A stretch of 64,000 nucleotides of DNA from Phallusia mammillata (taxonomy: Eukaryota): the NCBI GenBank assembly GCA_965637545.1, contig OZ281497.1:25730001-25794000 (forward strand), written 5' to 3'. The position numbers and the translations under genes were made by a program. Within the stretch, counting starts at the first letter, position 1. The number at the start of each line of letters is the position of its first letter. Below are positions 14,501 to 40,700 of this stretch, piece by piece. The notes below the pieces were generated by a model that searched no databases, had not been told where the DNA came from, and was given only the letters and a program-made list of their open reading frames with translations.

Positions 14501-16361
14501 TTGCTGGTGATGTAAGCCAAAAGATCGAGTATTGAAAATACAATTGGAAAGAGAATGTTAAAGTTAAATTATATTGGATAATTGCTCATATATTTACCTA
14601 AAAAGGTTGTTAAACATGTCTAACATACAAGTGCATGTAAACACACTAGCAAGTTTTGGGAAATAAGTTTATACAAATCGGTCACAAACAACGCACGTGA
14701 AAGTGAAATCTTATCGTGATTCAGCTTTTTATTATCAATCAGATATTGAGGGGGTGGTATAAGCCGGTGGGGTGATCCGTCTATATCGGGCTGTCCCGAG
14801 ACTAATTCGCGTGACGTCTTTCGTCGCTCCCTTTGTTTACCCCAACAAAGCCCATGGACCCGCGGCAGCAAGCAGTTGAAATGAAAAAAGTTTACCAAGC
14901 AAAAATCTGTATTACAAAATTATTCAGTAAATTTTCCATGCGACTAACAAGTCAAGCATTGACAAACTCACGAATAAAGTGGTTGGTTTGGACATTTAAA
15001 CGCTACATGCATACACATTTCGAACTAGCAAACGAAAGAACAGCAAGCACATAACTTTATCAAAAAATACCAAACCGGTTGGCAACTTAAACTTTTTTAA
15101 ACTGGATAATGGTATGGATCAGTTGCTGGCACATCGATATGCATTGTACAATAATTTGTAATATACTATCAAAGGTAGTGTTTGTTTATTAGTGCAATTG
15201 TGTCGATATGTGTTTTTTCATCAAACAAAATATACTCAACTTATAGTAATGTAATGCAAACTCGCCTTAACAGGCATGGATGCAATTTGTAATTATGTAA
15301 AATAAAACGTTTACAGTTTCAACACTTAGGTTTACATATAACCACGACAAGAACAGGCCTATACAGTTTCTGCACACATTCGAATTAAAGCATCATTAAA
15401 CAAGTCAATATAGCCCAGGTGCTTGTGCAGTTACCCGTTAACACTACGAGACGAATCGTGACACAAGCAATCCCAAACCCATGCACTTATCACCTAAATT
15501 ACGGTGACTAAACTCCAGATAAACAAACCTCTACCTCCGTGTAACCCAAATAGGCCTTCATCAGTCAAATGATTCCCTGAATTACTTCTACACTTTCCCT
15601 TTAAGCACAGAACGTGGTGGAATCTTCCAGAACAACGCCGTTTCGGACCCTTTTCTATTTAATCCCTTAAATCCAGTAGCAAATATTTAAGTTAGCTCGG
15701 GTCCTAGGTACACTGTGCGTGTGTCATCTTCGCATCGTGTTGTTGCTTCACTTTAAATGCTAAGGCATGTTACTCTATACCAGTGGTTCTTAACCTTTTG
15801 GTGCTAATACTCCTTAAGCTTTTGTGAAATGAATTCTTACTCCTAGTCCACATTTACCTAAATGAAGCAAATTGAATTATTGTTGATGGCATGAAACTCT
15901 ATGGTAAAATTAACAGCTTTTTACACATTCACTGGTGTTTATGCATGTTGTTCGCTGACAAAGTCATTCTATTTCTGCCTTAATATTCCGCTTATATTTA
16001 TAAAAAAAAATTTACAATGGCAAAAGGGCACAGTTTCACGAACAGTTTTTAAGCTAGCAACAATAGAACTTTTTTGATGATGCTTGTGTCCAGTAATGTG
16101 GTATACCTAACGATTGAAAAGGACTAAAAGTCACAAGCCGGCCTTTATAACAGTGCGGTATCACAAAGTTGTAATCTGGCTTAAAAATTGGGCCCTGAAC
16201 CCGAAATTTTGGTGACCCAAAAGTTGATTTATCAAGCTGAAATTACGATGTAAAGTCCAGTCTAAAACAACACGTTTAATTCTAACTAGAACCCGAACTG
16301 ACCCGGCTTACAAATCTGTAGTAACACACACTACAAAAATTTCTCTGTTACATGTTCTTAC

Positions 16362-16439
16362 TTTTCCTCTCAATACGTAGAACAAACAGCAAGGCAAAGG
16401 CTGATACCCCCAGAATCAAACCCAAGACGAACGATGTTT
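16362..16439 (-). CDS. Candidate exon of an unidentified divergent minus-strand gene encoding a transmembrane helix
   Basis: On the minus strand, CTGAC-AATAG acceptor and GTAAGA donor enclose 78 nt (phase 1-1) reading TSFVLGLILGVSAFALLFVLRIERK. No complete gene model could be joined. Confidence 0.3.
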
Positions 16440-16835
16440 CTATTGTCAGTCAAATCACTTTGTTTTCTTTCGATTTTCCCAAGACCAACATCAACGTTTA
16501 TGACGTGCAGCAAGTTAATGTTGTGACGTCTGTTCGGTCAAGTTCAAGTCGGATCTACGTTTAATGTTCTTTTGTTGCATATTTTATTGCCAAAATTTGT
16601 CTCCTAATCTCTTTTGAATCCTGTGTGGTCTGTATAAAGATGTGGCCAATCCCCGCTTTGCAGAGTTTAACGGTGTTTTTCTAGTACTTTGTTGCTGGCT
16701 TCTGCCATTTGATACCATTTTTGATGATGATAGGCATGTAAGAATGGCCTTTGTTGCCAGTATTGTAAGCAACAGTAACACAAAATGCTTAGAACACACA
16801 TGTTTTACTGAGAAAAGTAATTCATAGAAACGGAT

Positions 16836-16960
16836 CAAGCCAGTAAATGGTAAGTAAGTTGCAAACAGTGCACACTGTTTTGACCTCCTATTAGGTCTTA
16901 TCCGTGCAGCTGGTAACAAGACCTATGCTGTATTGGCTAGTGCTGCCATCTAACGGCTAC
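16836..16960 (-). mobile_element. Longest copy (H3) of the hammerhead-bearing repeat; core decayed
   Basis: Minus strand: GCCGTTAGATGGCAGCACTAGCCAATACAGCATAGGTCTTGTTACC-AGCTGCA-CGGATAA-GACCT-AATAGG-AGGTC-AAAA-CAGTGTGCACTG-TT-TGCAACTTACTTACC. Flanks are shared with H1, H2 and H4. Confidence 0.7.
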
Positions 16961-17468
16961 AGTTTGTTGGGAGGAATAGGCTGAAAGCCATTCCTCACCA
17001 ATCCTGTTCGATGCCACAACTGGGCATAAACCACAGAGAAAACTGGTTCATAATGGGCAAGCAGACAATGCATGCTGTTATATCTGACTTGTCAGCCAAC
17101 AAAAGGCGAACAAACTAAAATACCCATCATAACGCTACCCTGCGACTCTTACACTGACCAACATTTTTTTTGTTTAAGTCGCGTTTTTTATCTTGGTCAA
17201 CTTTATGTGATGTGAACAATTCGTTTCACGGGTTCGCGTAACGTCGCAAATGATTCGAAGAACTTTCTGTTCCTCTCCATGAAGACTTGCATGAACTTAT
17301 TTTCTGCGTCAACATGGAAGAGAAAGATTAATCACTTAGCATAACAAACTAGAACCTATCTTCAAGATAATAATTTTAATGCCAATATCTTTACGATTAA
17401 CCCACATAAACCAGGTAATTATTTTTGCATTTGCAGGTGTATTTTTTCAAATTTAAATTACTTTAAAG

Positions 17469-17881
17469 CAATGGTTCTCAAACTTTTTCATTTTTTTTTC
17501 AAAACGGTCCCTTTGTCATTATTTCTCGCGGTCCTTAAGCCTGAATGTGTATTTCAGAAAAACGAAAGTTAGTTGCAGGATTTTAGCTACATATGCAAAA
17601 TTGTGCATAACAATGATTCAAAGACGACATCACAGACAAGACAAAAAAAACATTACAATTTTGCGCGAACAATTGCATTTTTGTTAGTTGTCATGCAATA
17701 AAGGCTATCGTTTAGAAATGGAGACGGTCTATTCTCACTTTTACTTTGATTTAAACGTATTCAGTGGCACAAACTGACGCCAAATAAGATTATAGAATTA
17801 CTTCAATCTTTTCGCCCCCCCCCCCCCAAATTTGCCTCACGGACCCCAAACGGACCGCGGACCCCAGTTTGAGAACCGCTG
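17469..17881. mobile_element. Charlie-type hAT MITE
   Basis: CAATGGTTCTCAAACT/AGTTTGAGAACCGCTG; perfect TSD CTTTAAAG. Confidence 0.88.
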
Positions 17882-18383
17882 CTTTAAAGCGTCTTGTAAC
17901 TCGGTGATTGTTGCAACTACGCTTGTAACAGGTGATATAGAATCCAGATTGACTCGTCAACATTTGTTTCAATCACAGTCGTATTTGGCACTCTGCTTCA
18001 CATCCTCTCTAGCAAATAAATGGCCTTTTTTATCTCTTGTGTGTGTCTAAATGTATGTTTTAAGCAAGGGCTCAACAAAGTTATTATCGTCTCTAAACTA
18101 AATGCACGCAAGGCTCAAATACTTGGGAGTTTTAAGGCGAACATTTTAATGAAAGGAGTATTGTAGTAAGCAAGCTACTCTTAAAAGTGTGCAACTTTTC
18201 AGTTCGGTCGAAATTAAAGTTGCTTATAGTTTTCTCACATTTAGACTTTCCTTGCGCAACTTTGCAATGCGTCACTTGCATCTTCTCCAAACAGTTAAAA
18301 TTACAGGGTTTTTTTTAAATAGAAAATGACATTTCAGTTTCCCTTTAATCTATCCCTCCCAGCTCGTGCACGTTCGATGACTG

Positions 18384-18470
18384 GGCACATGCGCGTGACA
18401 TCACTTCCGGTTCGGCTTGCACGCAGAGAATACGCCCGGGCGAATACGTAAACACCCGCGCATGCGCAAA
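18384..18470. promoter_or_regulatory. CpG-rich promoter upstream of the PI3K gene (ETS and NRF1-type motifs)
   Basis: CACTTCCGG at 18402-18410 (ETS), GCGCATGCGC at 18458-18467 (NRF1-type), locally high CpG, ~240-300 nt upstream of the ATG. Motif-level evidence only. Confidence 0.55.
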
Positions 18471-18704
18471 ACGAACACCGAGCCACACGTATATAGTATG
18501 GGCACAAAAACAAACCTCGCTTGGCTTAAACTGTACGCCTCAGGAAACAGTCTTTCAAAAAAGGATATTGGCTAGTTTGGGTTGCTTGTTTTGGGAAACT
18601 CAAATCGTTTGTTGCCCTATTACTGGTAACTGTAGTTGGCTGTAGTGTGAGTTTATTGATTCACTGCGTTGCTGAGTAATTAGGGCTGACTCTTGGCAAG
18701 CACA

Positions 18705-33685
<14,981 letters not shown>

Positions 33686-34768
33686 GAGTGGACCTGGTTG
33701 AAATCGATTTGTAAAAGTTTCGCACCTTTTACGTTGCAACGTGTTTTTTGTGTGTTTCACGGGTTTTTATGCACTTATTTTTTTTACTTGCTAGCTGAGG
33801 CAGGCACTTTCTCACCGTGGTAGTGTAGATGATTAAATGGGTGTTCGTTTGTTTTAAAGAAAACTGGTTGAATTAAAGATCATTTTCGCTCGTTTAACGG
33901 GTTATACCTTGATAAATGTCTGACACAAATATCAAGTATATTTTCACACCTTTGAAAACCTAAAAATTACTTCCATTTGTGTCAAGTCGGACAAATTTTT
34001 CGTGCCCTGATAGCAAAATTTATTTCGAACTACATAAAACGCTATGAACAAAAGATGATCTGTATTTTAAGTTGGTCTAAAATTTAGAATTTATTAAATC
34101 AAAATTACGACAATTACTTGACCTAGTAAGTATGGTCCAAATTAAGCCAATGTAATTTATTTAAACTGAAAACCAACACCGACACGAAATGTCTGACTAA
34201 ACTTACAACTTTGATGTATAATATGTATAATGTATAATAACATAACCCTTAATGTTATAGTCTAAAAGCGTGCTTAATTAAAATCCACCCTATTTGTTTT
34301 CAAAACATGACTTTCGCGTTTCCCGTAATAAAAGGCCAGTTTTTGACGTCGCACGTATAGTTATGATATTGCGTAATCGTAGACGTTCAAAGCTTTCCGA
34401 GAGACGGTTTACTTTCAATTGAAACCAAGCCCATCACGATTATGGGACGGTTTTCTTTTCGACCGAACCCTTTCCTATTATGATCAGATATGTTAAGTCC
34501 GACTTCCGACAACTTTCATAATACGTTACATCAAATCACTTCGTACAGCTTGTACAGACGTATTAAGAGCAATGAATTTTTTAACTTATGGCAGAGATTT
34601 GGTTGATTAAAGCAACGATATTCATGCTAACTTTTAATAGACATAAACTGTACACATAGGCCGACAAATATAAATTATTAGAAGCGTCTATGCCGTAAGT
34701 GTTCATCATAGCTGCAATATACAACAGGAGGGAATATAAAACAGGAAAAAAGCCACGTTAAATTTATC

Positions 34769-37700
34769 ATGCAAATCGTGACTACTGTCTGCTTATCAGG
34801 TATGCTGTTTATTATTGACCATGAAGTATTTAATCTAAGCAATGCAGGTGTATCGAAATTGGATCCTAACTGCCTTTGGTGCGTTTAAAACATTAGTTTT
34901 AGAGTGGTTGTTTGTGCTAGTATAGCACAGTTGGTATAAGACGTCAAATCTGAATAGTTATCTGTTGTGGGTTCGAATCCCACCGCTAGATTATTTACAC
35001 TTCACCTTTTATGCGGAAATATTTGCTTAAAGCAGGGGTTCTTAACCAGGGGGTGCGAGAACTGTTCCTAGGGGCTGCGGGGATGCCGAATTCTTAAAGT
35101 TGGTTAGGTCTATTCTATAAAAATACAAAAAACCCAGGGGGTGCGAAAATTGGTTGGTGATTTGAAAGGGGTGCAGCAAGGAAAAAAGGTTAATGACCAC
35201 TGGATTAAAGGCATGAATTCAGGAAGACACCTGACGTTTCAAACCTGTTTAATCTACCTTTAAAGTATGTTTGAACTACAAACTAAGTAACATTACCGCA
35301 ACGAAACCTTATGCCATATACTGAAGTGTTTACAATGCACCTTTAAGAAATTATTCAAACATTTGTGGCTCGCAATAAATTGTTGCTTTGTATTTTCAGC
35401 GTTCCTGGTTGCCAATGCTATTTTGCATGGAGCAGCACAAACAGGTAAAAGCAAACATTTTAGGTCAGAAAATGCGAATGTTTGGGGCTACTCATTTCTA
35501 ACATTTTGGTCAACCAACGATTGTTTAAATTTGTCAGAAATATTGTTTTTTGATCAACTCTATAACGAAACAAATTAAAGTCCTGTATTTTAAAAAAAGT
35601 CCGGTATTAAGTACAACATAACGTCGCCATGTTGTATGTTGTTACAAAAATATAAGTTCTGTTTTGTTTTATTGTTTCAAATAGCTTGTCGAAAAATTAA
35701 GTAACAGTGGTTCCCAAGCGCGCAAGAGGAGTTTTAAAAACTTTAGGGGTGACATTTACTTTGATTTTATAACTTACATGTGGTTTGTAAATAGACACAT
35801 CAGCTTTGGGAACATATCCTGTAAAGTTAATGAAAGGCCCAATTTTAAGTGATATTTGTATGGTTTATCATCTACTAACTTAATTAGTCTGTTGGAAAGG
35901 AATGAAAATGTTTGGAACTGTTAAGGTCAATAATTCGTCGATAAAAGTTGGAACCACTGTCATACAAAATAGCACTTCAAAACACTTTGTTGGTTTCAGG
36001 CTAGTGGAGTTATCGAAAGTATTTTTTATGGGGGGTCGCTGTCAGTTATAAAAATATTTTGTGGTTTGGATTTTTGTAGATTGTGGTAGTTTCTTTTGGT
36101 GGTGCCCCGAAGACGATGTTTGTATATCAATGTTTGGTCGTTGCGATGGCTTGCCCCACTGCTCCGGAGGAAGCGATGAAGTGAACTGTGACGAATGGGG
36201 TGAGGCTAAGTACTTAGTTGACCGCGTGATCGTAAATATTATGATCATCATCATAACAGCCTACCCCTACATCATATTATACGTCCACCACAGAGTTGTA
36301 AGTCGGGTCGGGTTTGGGCTTAGGTTTCTTCAAATAAACGGACTAGATTCGGGCCTGACTTTTTTTTAATAAATTAACTAGCTAAGTAGCGAGTTGCTAG
36401 ACCTGATGTCAAAACAGCCCTAAAACGCCATGTTTAAGACCAATTTCTCAATGTATACGCCTGTCAATCAAACTTTCCGGCCTAAACGGACTTCTTAAAA
36501 ACGATTCTGGTTCGGATCGGGTTTGGGCTCCAATTTCAGGCCTGTTTACAACTCTGGTCCACCATAAGGCTTGAGTTTAAACACTAAGCCCGACGTTCAA
36601 ATTCTCTCAGTCATCTACGGTTTACATTTTGTGAATTTTAAACAAGGTTTTTTTTACCCCACTACAACCCTACGTCTTTTGTGCACCAATATTTACTCCC
36701 AAAGCATGTCAAAATTCCTACATGGGATAAATTTAACTTCGGTTAAAAAGCATTACACTTAAGATTTTGGTTCACAAAACTTTTTTTCAAGAAAGCATTG
36801 TTGTGTAAATTATTATTTTATCAATCGTTTTTCTTCGAAATTATTTCTCAATTTCTATCTGTACAGATTGTTTGCCCAGTCAATGGAAATGTAAGAATTC
36901 GAGCATCTGTATTCCTCAGTTCGCTCGCTGTGACGGGAAACTTAATTGTCCTGACGGGGAAGACGAGTTAAACTGCGAATCTTGGGGTAAGAAAATATAA
37001 TTAGGGTAATGGGCGTTGGTGGAATTCAAATTTGTAGTCAACCGGTTCTATCACAAAAGTCATATTTTTCAGTCGGTTTTGTTACAAAAAGTCTATTGAC
37101 AGTAACCAGTAATGCTAACCGGTTCGCTGATCTCATAGAATTTCTTCAGACGGTTCTATAGAACCGGTGCATCAGCTGAATCCCACACTGGTAATGGGGT
37201 TCAAATTTCCTACCTAACACAGAAAGTTAGTCGTTTTGATATGTCTTGTTCCACAAGTATCTCTCCCATAGTTGTGTTTACCCACAATGCGCCAACCTCA
37301 CTTTTTTGCGAGCCCCGGTCACATAACGCTTTATAATACGTTGTAGCTGCAGCGCGTATAGCCATTATTCACAAATCATGCCCTTCACTGTTTTGCGCTC
37401 CATAACGTTTTGAGGTTGAGTAGCTATTTTCCCGCGAGTTTTATTGCACTTGTATCGCTACGATTTTCTTTCGCTAAACGAAGTAAAGTCATACAACTCT
37501 TTTCAAGTTAATGACATGTGCTTTCCGTAAAACAACTTTCATTGAAGCATAGAGTCCTAACTTACCAAAATTTGTAAATAATGTAAAAAAAACTTGAGTT
37601 TTCGGGTTTGGGTTTGAATTCGGGCTTAAGAGGCGATATTTATGTAATAGTTCAATCTTCGCTATATCGGTTCGGGTTTTGAAATTTAGATTTTGGGTAG

Positions 37701-40700
37701 GGACCGGACTTGGGTCCAAAATTGCGGCCAGTTTGCAACTCTGGTGTGTTGTTTTTAGACTGCTGGTCCAATATGAGGAAATGCAACGACAACAAACAGT
37801 GCTTTTCATCAACGCAGAGGTGTGACGGCGAAACCGATTGCTTCGATTGGTCTGACGAAATAGGCTGTATCGGTAAGAATCCATAAGAAATTTGACGGCC
37901 GCCGTGACTTTGCCGTTCGTACTGATACTAAAGTAGGATTACCCTATCTGCGTGGGCAAAATTCCGGACAGTTTAATTAACTATGTTTGGCGACACCAAA
38001 GTTATGTTACATTGCATTATATGACGTTACCAACTCAAAAAGTGCCATTTTTGATAAAATATCATTACTATCACAGAGATAAAAAGCGTAGTTTCATTTC
38101 TAAATAAGTTACAAAGCAAAGAATTTTACAACATCATTCAGATTCAGAATATTTGTAGCTTTCAATACGCATGTAGTTTCTCATGAATGTGCGTGGTAGG
38201 GTGCATCCTACATCAAAATTAGCACAGATAACAGTTATAATGCAAACCTTCTAGTCACCCATAAAAAATTGTAAAAACTAACGTAGGTTAAGCTACTTGG
38301 CGTTAAAATCCTGGACATTGAGAGTGTTATTGAAAGTTCTTTCCAGACCCAGATTTTACACCTGCATTCCGAACGTTTTGGGAAATTTCCGACGTGTGGC
38401 AACCTTATACGAAAGCAATTTAGATGGTGTTGTGTTTGTGAACATGTTTTATCTGATTTCAGCTTGCACGCCAAAACAAGCATTATGTGAAGATAGCGGT
38501 CAGTGCATTGACGGCTTTCGGATATGCGATGGTGTGCCAAATGATTGCACAGATGGATCCGATGAGAGAAACTGTAACTGTACGTATAAACCAAAATAAA
38601 CCACTTGAATAAAAAATAGCATTAATGACATCCATAGCTTAAAAAGTTCCAAAATGTTGGCCGGTAAATTAGCGTTTGGAGATTTAACGCAAAAATACTT
38701 ATTTAACATGATATTTAGGACTAAAAGTAGAAAGGACAGAAAAAAGGGGTTTTATACATTATTCCATGTTGGTTAATTTGTGTCACTACAAGTTTAACGG
38801 GTAATCGAAAGACTATGCAATGTTATGATTGCTGGATACATATAGTGCGTCAAACGCCAACTAATTGCTTATCTCTTTATGGCCCCAACGATTGATCCTG
38901 GAGTAAAAAAGATAACTTTTTTTGCATTTTTGTTGTTATAGCTATGTGCCTTGCTGATGAGCTACTTCTCAACGACACAGACTTGCAGCTTTCCAATTCT
39001 GGTTAGTTTGAAATAAACCCGTCCCATATAAACCAGTTTCAACAATTTTTTTTTATCGTTCATTTTAGATTCGATTTTAGAATGCCCATTCGGCTCAACA
39101 GGTCCAAATTGTTCCGCGGCGTGTGTCCAATGCCTTCTGCCTCACTGCAAGAGAGATCCATTCCTGCACACAGTCTTTGATGTAACGTTGGGAAATAGCT
39201 CACAATGCGTTCCATTAGCGGCAGAATGGCTCACCATCCGTAACAGCAAGCTTTTCAATCTCACACAAAGCACATTTTGGCAAATCAAAGATCGCATTAA
39301 GTTCCTCAAGCTTAATAGTGTTTCAGCTGCCAACATTGAGACCAATGCTTTTGCTGACTTAAAGATAAACTTTCTGTACTTAAACTACATGGGCTTAACG
39401 ACAATAATTCTACCAAACATTGGTATAACAACTTTGCTAATTTTAAATCTTGACAATAACAGACTTGAAACTATTCCGAACGAACTGGTTTTTACCCAAC
39501 TCATCAGTTTGTCAGTCAATAGGAACAAAATCCAAAACCTTTCTAATAGTTTTTCGGATGGACTGCCAAAATCATTGGAAACTCTGTATTTGCATCACAA
39601 CTGCATTCAGATAATAGGTCTCGTTGCGTTTAAACGACTCACAGAGATCGAACTGTTGGACCTAAGACATAACCAGATTCAAACTCTTGCCCTTGGTCTT
39701 TTTCGCAACCAACGTAGTTTGCGCTTTCTTTACCTACAAGGCAACAACATTAGGCAAATTCCAAGTCTTGTGGGGCTACCTGGTAGAGTGGTATTTTATT
39801 TGGACGCAAACAGCAATTGCTCAGCTTTTCCAGAGAATATTACTGAGTGGCGTTGCCGTCAGTTTCCCAATTCGTTTCCCGACACTGAAAGCTTCTTCCT
39901 AATAGACCAAAGTGACAATTGCAACGGAGTCAACTGTTCACGTGACAACACCTGCGTCGACCTTCTGGGCTCGTATGACTGTCCGGGCACTTGCGAAGTT
40001 TGCAACTTTGATGCTCTTCGTACTGAACGGTAACCTATACAACTATGTTTGTAATAATACAAAGCTTTTCAGATTTGTTTGGTCACTCTACAAAATAGTT
40101 CGATTTGACAAAGTTATATTTGTAATTGTAATTATAGCTTAGGAAATAAGTCCTCTCGGGTCCAAAACTTTTTGCTTTGGTTATCCGTAACTAACAAGTT
40201 TGTTATAGTAATACTGCCAATTTCTGATCCTATCCTTTAAATCACTTTCAAACAAAGGTTTTAAACTTTCAACTATTCCGAACTTTGTCACTTGTTTTAG
40301 AAATTGGTTGTTTTATTTTTTTATTCCGTGTCTTGTAAATTTGATTACGTAATAGTTCAGTGGCTCCAACTTCTTTTATACTTTATGACCCAAATGTTTA
40401 GACCATATCTGTTGGTTGCACATTAGATGCCAAGTTTTAAAAATCTGTGCAGCTATACGGTCACGATTGACTATTACAGCTTTTTTAGCATGTATTAATA
40501 CATTTTTAAATGACTATGTGGGCCACTAAAATGTTTTCATGACCCACTGTTAAACCATGATGTACAGTTTAGAAACCACTCCATTAGACATTTCAGCCCT
40601 GGGTAAAAGTTTGATACCCAACTTAACCAGTGGTGGGATTTAGCCGGTTCCCACCGGTTCGCAGCGGTTCTACAGAACCGTCTCATGAAACTTTATGAGA

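Noticed and set aside
988-15054. Short ORFs in the supplied track across the first 15 kb (e.g. 11997-12353, 4376-4669, 9206-9529)
   Set aside because: Many use TTG/GTG starts, which are not relevant to this eukaryote; no recognisable domains, no splice-consistent partners, and lengths expected by chance.
15538-15564. Minus-strand CUGAUGA-A-GGCC...GGUU-ACACG
   Set aside because: GAAA box missing and stem II weak; at most a decayed relic.
17917-18110. Minus-strand frame with an in-frame TGA (17998-18000) as a possible selenoprotein
   Set aside because: No CxxU-type context, no start codon and no SECIS recognised.
18239-18281. ATG exon MQVTHCKVAQGKSK as the start of the divergent gene
   Set aside because: Splicing its phase-1 end to the nearest plausible acceptors (around 18020 and at 17303) creates immediate TAG or TAA stops; kept only as a hint.
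37489-37884. 131-aa minus-strand ORF
   Set aside because: It is the antisense of LDLa exon 5 plus a family B-like repeat.
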